Shown one piece after another: positions 15,001-26,339 of a DNA stretch of 64,000 bases. Below the pieces are notes generated by a model that was not told where the DNA came from, made no database searches, and was given only the letters and a program-made list of their open reading frames with translations. The translations under genes were made by a program, and so were the position numbers. Where the stretch lies: contig OX597815.1 in NCBI GenBank assembly GCA_951406725.2, positions 127,472,001 through 127,536,000 on the forward strand. Reading direction: 5' to 3'. The stretch comes from Octopus vulgaris. Its lineage: Eukaryota. Position 1 is the stretch's first letter. Every line of letters begins with the position of its first letter.

Positions 15001-17402
15001 TGTTACTACGTTTATTCATACATTGTTACGAAAATTTAACCTTTTAAGGCTACTTTCAAGCCTTCGCCATAACTTGATTTATCTTTCTATCTCTCTCTCT
15101 ACAAAATTTAACCTTAGGCGAGGCTACCTCAAGCCGTAATCCCATCTCTTCCCTCTCTTTCCATCTTTCAGCCATTTGGCGGTCTTTTTTCCTCCTCTTA
15201 CCATTACGATTCTACAATTTAAATTCCCAATTCAACTAACTTACTTCTTCAATTTCAACTCCCGACCGATGTCCGCAGCAAGTTCTTTAAAAATTTATCT
15301 TAATATTTCTATTCGTTGTTACTACGTTTATTCATACATTGTTACGAAAATTTAACCTTTTAAGGCTACTTTCAAGCCTTCGCCATAACTTGATTTATCT
15401 TTCTATCTCTCTCTCTACAAAATTTAACCTTAGGCGAGGCTACCTCAAGCCGTAATCCCATCTCTTCCCATCTCTTTCCATCTTTCAGCCATTTGGCGGT
15501 CTTTTTTTCCTCCTCTTACCATTACGATTCTACAATTTAAATTCCCAATTCAACTAACTTACTTCTTCAATTTCAACTCCCGACCGATGTCCGCAGCAAG
15601 TTCTTTAAAAATTTATCTTAATATTTCTATTCGTTGTTACTACGTTTATTCATACATTGTTACGAAAATTTAACCTTTTAAGGCTACTTTCAAGCCTTCG
15701 CCATAACTTGATTTATCTTTCTATCTCTCTCTCTACAAAATTTAACCTTAGGCGAGGCTACCTCAAGCCGTAATCCCATCTCTTCCCATCTCTTTCCATC
15801 TTTCAGCCATTTGGCGGTCTTTTTTCCTCCTCTTACCATTACGATTCTACAATTTAAATTCCCAATTCAACTAACTTACTTCTTCAATTTCAACTCCCGA
15901 CCGATGTCCGCAGCAAGTTCTTTAAAAATTTATCTTAATATTTCTATTCGTTGTTACTACGTTTATTCATACATTGTTACGAAAATTTAACCTTTTAAGG
16001 CTACTTTCAAGCCTTCGCCATAACTTGATTTATCTTTCTATCTCTCTCTCTACAAAATTTAACCTTAGGCGAGGCTACCTCAAGCCGTAATCCCATCTCT
16101 TCCCATCTCTTTCCATCTTTCAGCCATTTGGCGGTCTTTTTTCCTCCTCTTACCATTACGATTCTACAATTTAAATTCCCAATTCAACTAACTTACTTCT
16201 TCAATTTCAACTCCCGACCGATGTCCGCAGCAAGTTCTTTAAAAATTTATCTTAATATTTCTATTCGTTGTTACTACGTTTATTCATACATTGTTACGAA
16301 AATTTAACCTTTTAAGGCTACTTTCAAGCCTTCGCCATAACTTGATTTATCTTTCTATCTCTCTCTCTACAAAATTTAACCTTAGGCGAGGCTACCTCAA
16401 GCCGTAATCCCATCTCTTCCCATCTCTTTCCATCTTTCAGCCATTTGGCGGTCTTTTTTCCTCCTCTTACCATTACGATTCTACAATTTAAATTCCCAAT
16501 TCAACTAACTTACTTCTTCAATTTCAACTCCCGACCGATGTCCGCAGCAAGTTCTTTAAAAATTTATCTTAATATTTCTATTCGTTGTTACTACGTTTAT
16601 TCATACATTGTTACGAAAATTTAACCTTTTAAGGCTACTTTCAAGCCTTCGCCATAACTTGATTTATCTTTCTATCTCTCTCTCTACAAAATTTAACCTT
16701 AGGCGAGGCTACCTCAAGCCGTAATCCCATCTCTTCCCATCTCTTTCCATCTTTCAGCCATTTGGCGGTCTTTTTTCCTCCTCTTACCATTACGATTCTA
16801 CAATTTAAATTCCCAATTCAACTAACTTACTTCTTCAATTTCAACTCCCGACCGATGTCCGCAGCAAGTTCTTTAAAAATTTATCTTAATATTTCTATTC
16901 GTTGTTACTACGTTTATTCATACATTGTTACGAAAATTTAACCTTTTAAGGCTACTTTCAAGCCTTCGCCATAACTTGATTTATCTTTCTATCTCTCTCT
17001 CTACAAAATTTAACCTTAGGCGAGGCTACCTCAAGCCGTAATCCCATCTCTTCCCATCTCTTTCCATCTTTCAGCCATTTGGCGGTCTTTTTTCCTCCTC
17101 TTACCATTACGATTCTACAATTTAAATTCCCAATTCAACTAACTTACTTCTTCAATTTCAACTCCCGACCGATGTCCGCAGCAAGTTCTTTAAAAATTTA
17201 TCTTAATATTTCTATTCGTTGTTACTACGTTTATTCATACATTGTTACGAAAATTTAACCTTTTAAGGCTACTTTCAAGCCTTCGCCATAACTTGATTTA
17301 TCTTTCTATCTCTCTCTCTACAAAATTTAACCTTAGGCGAGGCTACCTCAAGCCGTAATCCCATCTCTTCCCATCTCTTTCCATCTTTCAGCCATTGGCG
17401 GT
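1..17402. repeat. Tandem satellite array, ~320-bp monomer, ~54 copies, runs off the left edge of the window
   Basis: The motif ctttaaaaatttatcttaat recurs at 1, 332, 650 ... 17188, about every 320 bp. Copies are near-identical apart from T-run length and a T/C site in cccga[t/c]cgatg. The array ends abruptly at gccattggcggt (~17402). Confidence 0.98.
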
Positions 17403-17414
17403 GCGCCCGCCCCC

Positions 17415-18125
17415 CCACCCCCACCACCAATACCGATGAACACTGTTCTCACCCCCACCACCAATACCGGTGAACACTGTTCTCACCGCCAACACCACCA
17501 ATACTGGTGAACACTGTTCCTCACCCCCCACCACCAATACCAGTATACCCTGTCCTCACCATCTACACCGGATACGCCTTACTCATCTACACCGGGTACG
17601 CCCTACTCCCTCCTCCTCCCCCCACTACCCCTTCTCCTCATATGCTTTCACTGTGAAAAGACAAGCTGCTAGCGCCATAGCTCATCAACTGCCCACCGAT
17701 CTTACGCTTCCTCCTGACACTGCTTCATTCCGACTATCCCCCTTTAGCACCCTCCCGCCTCGTAATATCCTACGTTTTTATTTCTTAGGAACCTACACCA
17801 ACCCTTCCTGCCATCGTTCCTCCTTACCCCAACCTTCCCCACTGGTTGCTCCCCTATATTACCCACCTCAACTGGACCCCCCTCTCCCCAACTCAACTCT
17901 AGAATATCTGTATTCTTTCCTCTACCTAATAACGTTACTCAGTGACGATAACGAATGTCTTTATTTCTTAGAAACCTACACCAACCCTTCCTTACTCAGT
18001 GACGATAAATGCTGTGACTACAAAGACCCGGGCTGCTTTCTGCAGCAATTCCACATACCCCCTACTCATTCTAAGTACCCCGGATCCCCAAAGTACCCTG
18101 GATCCCCAAAGTACCCCGGACCTCG
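17415..18125. repeat. C-rich flank with nested short repeats
   Basis: Three to four copies of ~31-34 bp ccaccaccaataccggtgaacactgttctcac (17415-17545); two of catctacaccgg.tacgcc; two of tttatttcttag.aacctacaccaacccttcc (~17777, ~17960); three of 18-bp aagtaccccggatcccca (~18072-18122). Confidence 0.85.
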
Positions 18126-18164
18126 TTGCCCCCGTGCCGCTGACACGTTAAAATGCTCGAACCG

Positions 18165-18389
18165 ATCGTGACGATGCCGGACCCTCCGGCCCCTGTGCAG
18201 GTGGCACGTAAAAGCACCCAATCCACTCACGGAGTGGTTGGCGTTAGGAAGGGCATCCAGCCGTAGAAACTCTGCCAGATTCAGACTGGAGCCTGGTGCG
18301 GCCCCTGGCTTCCCAGACCCGGTCAAACCGTCCAACCCGTGCTAGCGCGGAAAGCGGACGTTAAACGATGATGATGATGATGATGATGA

Positions 18390-18393
<4 letters not shown>
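18165..18393 (+). mobile_element. 5'-truncated 3' tail of an RTE-clade LINE (or SINE sharing it), ending in (GAT)n
   Basis: ggagtggttggcgttaggaagggcatccagccgtagaaac...gctagcgcggaaagcggacgttaaacgatgatgat matches the 3' UTR of the RTE copy at ~28635-28780. CpGs are retained. Confidence 0.8.
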
Positions 18394-18434
<41 letters not shown>

Positions 18435-18569
18435 GATAAGGAAATAATAATAATAAAAAGTGACAACAAAAGAATGAGACCTCGATATTAGATAAATAGA
18501 GGCTTGTTTTATGACAACTTACTGTTTGTTCTAAATTATAACATATACAGTATATATATATATATAAAG

Positions 18570-18700
18570 AAACTAGAAAAGCACTCAGAGAGCACAGATC
18601 TCTGCCAAGCAACTCATTTCCACCCATATAGACGCATGCTGAAAATCGCCCAATTTCCCAAACCAACGCCGACAAAAACATAGCCTCCTTGGTGGGGTTA
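18570..18700. mobile_element. Short, internally deleted Helentron/HINE-like non-autonomous element
   Basis: Starts aactagaaaagcactcagagagcacagatctctgccaag and ends aaaacatagcctccttggtggggtta; same termini as the 18872-19253 copy. Confidence 0.4.
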
Positions 18701-18871
18701 AAAAAAAAAAATAACACACCCATATAATTTTTTAAAAAACCTTTAAAAACGAGAATCATCTGAAGCAGTCATAATACAGCAATGACAACAGCAAGCTCAC
18801 AGCGGTGGTGGAGGGAGCAAAGCCTGAGCTTTTTGATTTGATCGCAATAGTTAAGGCTTGTCATGTCATCC

Positions 18872-19253
18872 TCCGCAGACCTCCACCAAGCAGCTCATTT
18901 TAAGATAGATACGCAAGTAAAATTACTAATAGAGAAACAAAATAAACTTTGGAAACAGCAACGCCACCATAGGTTATGTGGAAACGATGAACGTGTTTTC
19001 AATGGAGATAATCAAAGAATGTAACATTGTAATACTTCATGTAAAGTAAATATAACAAATGAAAAATCCTTCCCATATCACTACCAAAGTTTCATCATCT
19101 GTTCATTGTGTCATTACCAACTTTTTCTGCAAGTTTCATCAAATACTGTTCACAACTTTTTGAGTTATTTTGCACACACACAGACAGACAGAGGGACAGA
19201 CAGACAAACCAACACTAATGAAAACATAACCTCCTTCCTTGGCGGAGATAATA
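18872..19253. mobile_element. Helentron/HINE-like non-autonomous element
   Basis: Subterminal inverted repeats cctccaccaag / cttggcggag, an internal (GACA)n microsatellite, and terminal gaaaacataacctccttccttggcggagataat. Confidence 0.45.
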
Positions 19254-19254
19254 A

Positions 19255-19590
19255 TCTTATTCTCAAGCAAGATAATGTTAATAATATGGAATGAACAGGA
19301 TAACTTATCTATATTTTGCAGAAAAATCTGTTGGCGGCCAGTCATGAGACTTGAACTCACATCCCTGTGATTATGCGTCAAGTGCTTTTAAAGTTAGATT
19401 TATTTATTCTAAATTTGGAGAAGAATTTGTTGTTCAGGCAGTTTAGCTTAATGGTAAAGCACTTGACATGTAATCACAGGGATGTGAGTTCAAGTCTCAT
19501 GGCTGGCTGCCGACAGATTTTTCTGCAAAATATGGATAGTTTATCCTGTTCATGCATTAGCATTATCCTGCATTTGAGAATAAAATTATT
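19255..19590. repeat. Inverted repeat, ~135-bp diverged arms, ~65-bp spacer
   Basis: 19255-19390 is the reverse complement of 19455-19590 (gagacttgaactcacatccctgtgatta versus taatcacagggatgtgagttcaagtctc). Confidence 0.9.
19437..19511 (+). pseudogene. tRNA-Thr(TGT)-like pseudogene or SINE head
   Basis: ggcagtt-tagcttaatggtaaagca-cttga-catgtaa-tcacag...gtgag-ttcaagt-ctcat-ggctggctgcc has A and B boxes, a TGT anticodon and a T-arm. Acceptor and anticodon stems are imperfect. Confidence 0.55.
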
Positions 19591-20026
19591 TCCTTATCTG
19601 TATCTTTCAATATATCTCAACGCTTCTAAAGCAAACTTTGTTTGTTGACTTTCAACGTAAGTTGAATTTAAGATATATATGCTATTCAGCATTGTTATTA
19701 TGTGTTTGAGAATAAAATACTTCCATATTTATATCTTTCAATACATCTCAATGCTTCTAAAAAAAGCAAACTTTATTTGCATACATTGTAATTTTATATA
19801 TACACATATGTATATACACATACACACAAATGTGTGTGTGTTGTGTATGGAGAGAGTCATATTGTTGTAATGTCTTATTACCTAACACACTCACCAGTTC
19901 GATTTCCACTCATTTATTATTTATATATTTTCTTTCAAAATTTTCGTTGCTTTTGCAACCTTTTCAATGAATGTTGACTCTGTCCATTATTGGAGTTGTG
20001 TTCTTATTTCCACAATATGTCTAGAT

Positions 20027-20198
20027 CAGAGATGGAGAACCTGCAGCCTTCTGGGTCAACAAGTGCGGCCTTCTGGGTCAACAAGTGCGGCCTTCTGGGT
20101 CAACAAGTGCGGCCTTCTGCAGCCTTTGACGTAAATGCTAATATATATTTTTTAAGACCTTGATTTTTTTTGTCTATAGTTTTTATGCATAATTTACA

Positions 20199-20243
<45 letters not shown>

Positions 20244-22785
20244 GATGAGAGGAAAAATAACTCTGTTCAGTGATGTCACTCCCAGAAATTGGAAGCATTT
20301 TTCTATGAACTTAATGAATATAAACTATATGACTATATGGCTAAACATGACTATATGGGCAACATTTCCTTGTCATTCATGCCAGCCTAGTGGAAGTGAG
20401 TGACTTCATGCATGATACATGCAGAGTTCTTGTTTTGTCTACCTCCTCACTGTGGTCCGCGCTACATGCTACTCAGTTAACTGTAGTTGTGACTGAATTC
20501 ATGTGAGATTGTAAGTCTAAGTTAGTTATAGCTTCATTTGAAAGATGATATTTATTCTTGAATGGTAGTGACAATTGCCAAATTCAAGACCAAAAATATG
20601 GTTTTGGATGCAAGTTTATTGTATCTTTTGTGAGATTGTTTTTTTTTCTTGGTCAGTGTGCAGCCAGCTTTACCAATTCATTATCATCATTTTATTTTTT
20701 ATTGGTATTCCAAAAAAAAAACAATTTTCAACCCATAAGTATGTTGAAGAGATTGAAACAAACTTTGAAAGACGAAAATAGGATCTTCAATGAAGAATGG
20801 GAATTACAATATTTTTTAGTGAATGGGCAAAATGTCTTGTCTGCTTTGTGATACCGCAATTGTAATGGTTAAGAAATCCAATGCACAGCAGTATTATGCT
20901 CTTCATAAAGATAATAAATATGCCAAATTAGAGGTTGAGTTTCGAAAGATAACATTGTAGAAACTGAAAGACAATTTTTCCTCTTTGTGTTACATCAAGG
21001 GAATGGTGTGACAGAAGCCAGCTATAAAGTTGCATATTTGCTTGGAGAAAAAGGTAAACCATTCTTCAATTCAGAACTCATGAAAGAATGTATTTTAGAA
21101 GTGGTAAGATCTATAGATCCAGATAAAGTTAACAAATATAAGGAGGTGCCTCTTTCAAGAAAAACTAATACAGATGGACAGCATGAATTAGCATGCGATG
21201 TAACAGAGCAGCTGAAAAATATAATCCAAAAAGAAAATGCATATTGCTCTGTAGCTTTGGATGAGTCGACAGATTCAGCACAGGTATTGTATCTTATTCA
21301 TGCTTTAACTGATGATTTTCAATTTTAGGAAGAATTTCTTGCTTTAGACACCCTTAAAGAAGGATGCAGAGGATAGATATTTTTAACAACTTCAAAGAGC
21401 AATGCCACAAAGTAGGACTAAATATTTGTAATTTGGTAAGTGTGTGCACAGATGGTGCTCCAGCTATGATGGCTAAGAATGAAGGATTTATTGCGCATCT
21501 TAAAAGAGAAACCAAAGAATCCAAGTAAACTGATTTCTTTTCATTGTATTTTACATCAGCAAAATCTCTGCACAAAATCTACCATTTTAAATGACCCTTT
21601 ACATAAGGTTATAAGTATTGTAAACTATATTCGAGCAAATGCCACAGAGCATTGTCATGCTGATGATGGATGATGAAGTAATTGCTGTAGATTTGCCTTA
21701 TCACTCAAATGTACGCTGGCTGTCACAAGTGAAATTATTGGTCAAAATTGTATCTTTACAAAAGCAAATAATTGACTTTTTCAATGGAAACAACAAACAT
21801 TGGGATTTATCAAATCCAAACTTTTACAGAGATGTTGCATTTTCATGTGATGTTATATCAAAACAGAGTTAAACATTTCATTGCAAGGCAGAAAATTCAG
21901 GCATTTAGAAAAAAGTTGTTGTTTTTCAAGTCTCTTTCGGCTAAATCAAAACTTTCAGAGGAACACTTTCCCTAGTTTACAAAGGTAATGAGTGAAAATG
22001 AAGATATCTCTCGATCTTATGAAGAATACAAGCTAGTTTTAGACTCATTAGTAGAAGTATACAACAAAAGATTCAGGGATTTTGAAAATCATAATATCAC
22101 TCTGAAACTTGCTTTTCAACCTCACTTAGTTGATGTAGCAAAGGCCCCTGAAGAGTTACAAATGGAGCTTATTAAAATGTCTGAAGATAATATCCTGAAA
22201 TCTCAGTTTGACAACAAGGACGATCCCATTGAAATTGGGCAAAAGGCAATAGAATATCCTCGTTTTCATGAACATGCACGCTGACTGATCTCCTGCTTTT
22301 CTACAACATACTGTTGCAAATCAACATTCTCGTACTTGACACAAATAAAGAATTCACTGAGAACAAGTTGACAGATGAGCATTTAGAGGACCAGTTGATA
22401 CTAAGAACCATTATGTTAGAACCTGATATCAAAATACTTTCTCAAAAAAAGCAAACTCAAAGAAGTCATTAATTTGAATAACGAGTAAATACATGCCTAA
22501 AAGAAATATTTCAAAATTTCATATTCTCGGTGTTTATAAGCTTGACTTTTTTTAAAAAGATTCATTTACTTATTCAAAAAAAAGTTCCTACTTCAGTAAA
22601 ATATTTGAAAATGTCATATTTCCAATTTTTATTCATCTGCCTTTTTCTATGACCTTACTAGTAAATTACTTTGTGGCCTAAGCCTAGGGATAAAATGACA
22701 AAAAAAATATTTGTTTAATGAGGCTTCTATGAGAGGCGATGAATAGTAGGGTGGCCTTCATGAATAAAATGGTTCCCCGTCCCTG
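20027..22785 (+). mobile_element. Full-length hAT DNA transposon (Buster/Charlie type, GTF2IRD2-like transposase), inactivated
   Basis: TIRs cagagatggagaacc / ggttccccgtccctg; identical 8-bp TSD gtctagat at 20019-20026 and 22786-22793; three 22-bp subterminal repeats gccttctgggtcaacaagtgcg. Confidence 0.93.
20741..22471 (+). pseudogene. hAT transposase pseudogene with frameshifts and stops
   Basis: Motifs across frames: ENRIFNEEWELQYF, VALDESTD, CTDGAPAM, FHCILHQQNLC, VRWLS and the C-terminal dimerisation region FSTTYCCKSTFS. Confidence 0.9.
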
Positions 22786-23130
22786 GTCTAGATGTTTCTT
22801 CAATGTATGCTGTGTTCTTGTCTTTACAAGCACCCTCAATGCACTTTATGCTGTCAACTACATTTCTAGTTCTACAGTTTATGCCAGGGTTAAACTTACA
22901 TTCTGTGCAGTTTTCAATAGTGCATGTGGTATTTTCGAATGGGTATGTCCTAAACAGCTGCAATCTGATGGAGCTCCCTGGCTTTTCAGAGATCATAATC
23001 TTGAGTTTGGTCACCTTCAGGGCTTTCCTAAATCTACGGGCTAGCTCTCCATGGGGTGTTGCCTCTACAAACATCAGTCCTAGATATTTTCCAGCCCTGT
23101 AACATGTGTTTACTTTGTTTTGCCACAAAC
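22786..23130 (-). mobile_element. Penelope-like element fragment (GIY-YIG region), interrupted by the hAT
   Basis: ORF 22727-23128 (MFVEATPHGELA...CRTRNVVDSIKC...YIEETSR) aligns by eye with the C-terminus of ORF 42131-43012. Confidence 0.8.
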
Positions 23131-23559
23131 TCTTTGTATATTATATATATTATGTGGTAGTGCTTTAGCAAGTAGAAAAGTAGTTAATTAGCTAAGTGTG
23201 TAAAGATAATGTTATAATAAAGAAAAAAAATCCACAAATCTTGCTAGATACAGCTACCCTGGGTTTCCTAGTCGAAATAATTAATATATTTCACCATTTT
23301 CATGTTGAGAACATGAGCATTTGTCAGTTGTTTTTTCAAACAGATAATATACCTAAGAAGTTGATAAGTCAGAAAAAGAAAGATCTGGAAGCTTAAGGAT
23401 CCTTTAATTGGTCAAAGATTAAGGGATACCTTATGTAGCACCAGTACCCTGCAAGGTTAAGAATGCTCAGCTGGAGAGGATACACACCCGTGTGCGTGCA
23501 AAGTTATTATGCCACTATTAATCCTCCTCAATAAAGCCCCAATTTATTATATGAAAAAT

Positions 23560-24100
23560 TCAGATTTGTCCAGACACGAAATAAATATAATACTTGGGGC
23601 GTGAACCCCTTTGTAGATTTTGATGGAGAATGCTTTTGATATAGTGATGGGATCATCCAACTTTGTGCAGGTCATTGACTTTGTCAGAATATATATCATT
23701 AATCCATGTCTTCCTTTCTGGATTAATCCAGTCTTCTTTTCTGGAAATAACAGGGGGTCTATATATGTATGACACCCTATTCTTTCAGGACAGAATTAGA
23801 AAAGTACAATTAGAAAGGCACAAGAAGCATTTCTTTAGACTTTTTAAGAATTTAGGACTCAACATTAATATGGGAAAGGATTATTGTAGAATAAATTTCC
23901 TTGACGCTACCTTCTGTCTTGATACTGGATTATTTGAACCATTTCATAAGCCAAATGATAATATCAAGTATATAACTGTATGATTCAATCACCCACCTTC
24001 GATAATACATGGATTAGTTAAGAAAATTTCTACGAGAATTTCTAGATTATCTGCTAATAAAAACATTTTTGAATCACATGTACCTTATTATAATACTGTG
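23560..24100 (+). mobile_element. Penelope-like reverse transcriptase fragment
   Basis: GLYMYDTL...INFLDATFCLDTGLFEPFHKPNDNIKYI..NHPPSII resembles PLE RT motifs GLYRDD...NFLD...KPN...NHPP. Confidence 0.75.
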
Positions 24101-24129
24101 AGAAAATTCAATATATACAAGACACACCA

Positions 24130-25062
<933 letters not shown>

Positions 25063-25292
25063 TATAAATAGGAAAAAAGCAACAAGAATGGATCAATATT
25101 TCGGTACAATTGTTTCGTACGAAGACATCTTTATTAAGGCTACAAGATTTGCAGTAAATATAAGTGACCCGTACTCGTATATTTGTGAACCGTATATTTA
25201 CTGCAATTCTTGTACCCTTAATAAAGATGTCTTCGTACGAAACAATTGTACCGAAATATTGATCCATTCTTGTTGCTTTTTTCCTATTTATA
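25063..25292. repeat. Near-perfect fold-back palindrome, 100-bp arms, 30-bp spacer
   Basis: 25063-25162 versus 25193-25292, about 2 mismatches. ORFs 25088+ and 25052- translate the same peptide. Confidence 0.95.
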
Positions 25293-26279
25293 ATCACCCC
25301 GCATTGTCGTATGGTTGACACCATATAGATTTCTGGTGCATCCAAGTTAAGTACCATATTCATGTAAATTCAACAGAACTCACTTGAATCTTAATTGCTT
25401 ATGTATATATATATATATATATATACACTAATGGGACCTGTGGAAATTCCATGCAATAGAAAAAAATAAAGAGGACCTATTTAAGAAAGAAAGGAGGGTT
25501 TGCATTTTTATAACATTCATAGTCTAGCTTTCTTTAAATATTCTTTATGTTCATCTACATTCATTTCTTCACGTCTTTGTCAATGTTGTATTTTCCTCTT
25601 TTTATTACGTTTTCTTGCTGTTCCTCTCTGATCCGTGCTCTATATCTGCACATCTTTTCTCGGGCAGCTTGCAACCATGATTCTTGTGAATCCAGAGTTC
25701 AAATTAAATTAACCCTTATAAATAAATATTCATTTTTTAAGCAAGCAGATGCTAAATAATTTCACATATGCATTAAGCAATGGTTACTATAAAAAAATTA
25801 GGTCAATAAAAAATATCTTTCACTATCAACACACCACCACCACTACTATCTGCCACCCTCTCTCTCTCACTTTCTCTCTCTCTCTCTTTTAATATAATGC
25901 CTCCCCAGACCATCTCCCTCTATCAGCCTTTCTCTTCAGCTAACTTTTTAACCACTTAATAAGTATTCCTTCCCCATGTTGTTAACACACCTCTCTCTCC
26001 TTCTTTTTCTCTCGTCATCTTTTTCTCTCATTCTTTGCCTCTACCTTCAGCTGATCACGTGATGCATTTGGCCTAAGTGTATTAATATTAATCACGTTTC
26101 TCCATTTCTTCTCCTCTTCTTTCTTCACTCCTCCCCCCTCTCTCACTCTCTAATTCTTACTCCACCTCTCTAACTAACTAATGTGTAAAGGGTGAGTAAA
26201 CAAGCAGATTATCATTATTATTATAATTATTATTATTATATACATATATACATACATACATACATACATAAATACATAC

Positions 26280-26336
<57 letters not shown>

Positions 26337-26339
26337 CAG

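Noticed and set aside
1-17402. Satellite as a hammerhead retrozyme, twister array, or 5S/snRNA tandem gene
   Set aside because: The size fits known ribozyme satellites, but neither strand has CTGANGA...GAAA (closest is ctgaaaga). The taac...caagcc segment lacks the downstream twister pairing partners, and no Pol III gene is recognisable. An Infernal scan would settle it.
17470-18171. 233-aa Pro/Thr/Ser-rich ORF as a real gene
   Set aside because: GTG start, built from short repeats in C-rich sequence that is poor in stops, no recognisable domain.
19437-19511. Functional tRNA-Thr gene
   Set aside because: Acceptor stem has an insertion, the anticodon arm is imperfect (loop position 33 is not U), and it lies in a duplicated repeat.
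20046-20120. 22-bp repeats as a CRISPR array
   Set aside because: No spacers, eukaryotic context, and they sit just inside a hAT TIR.
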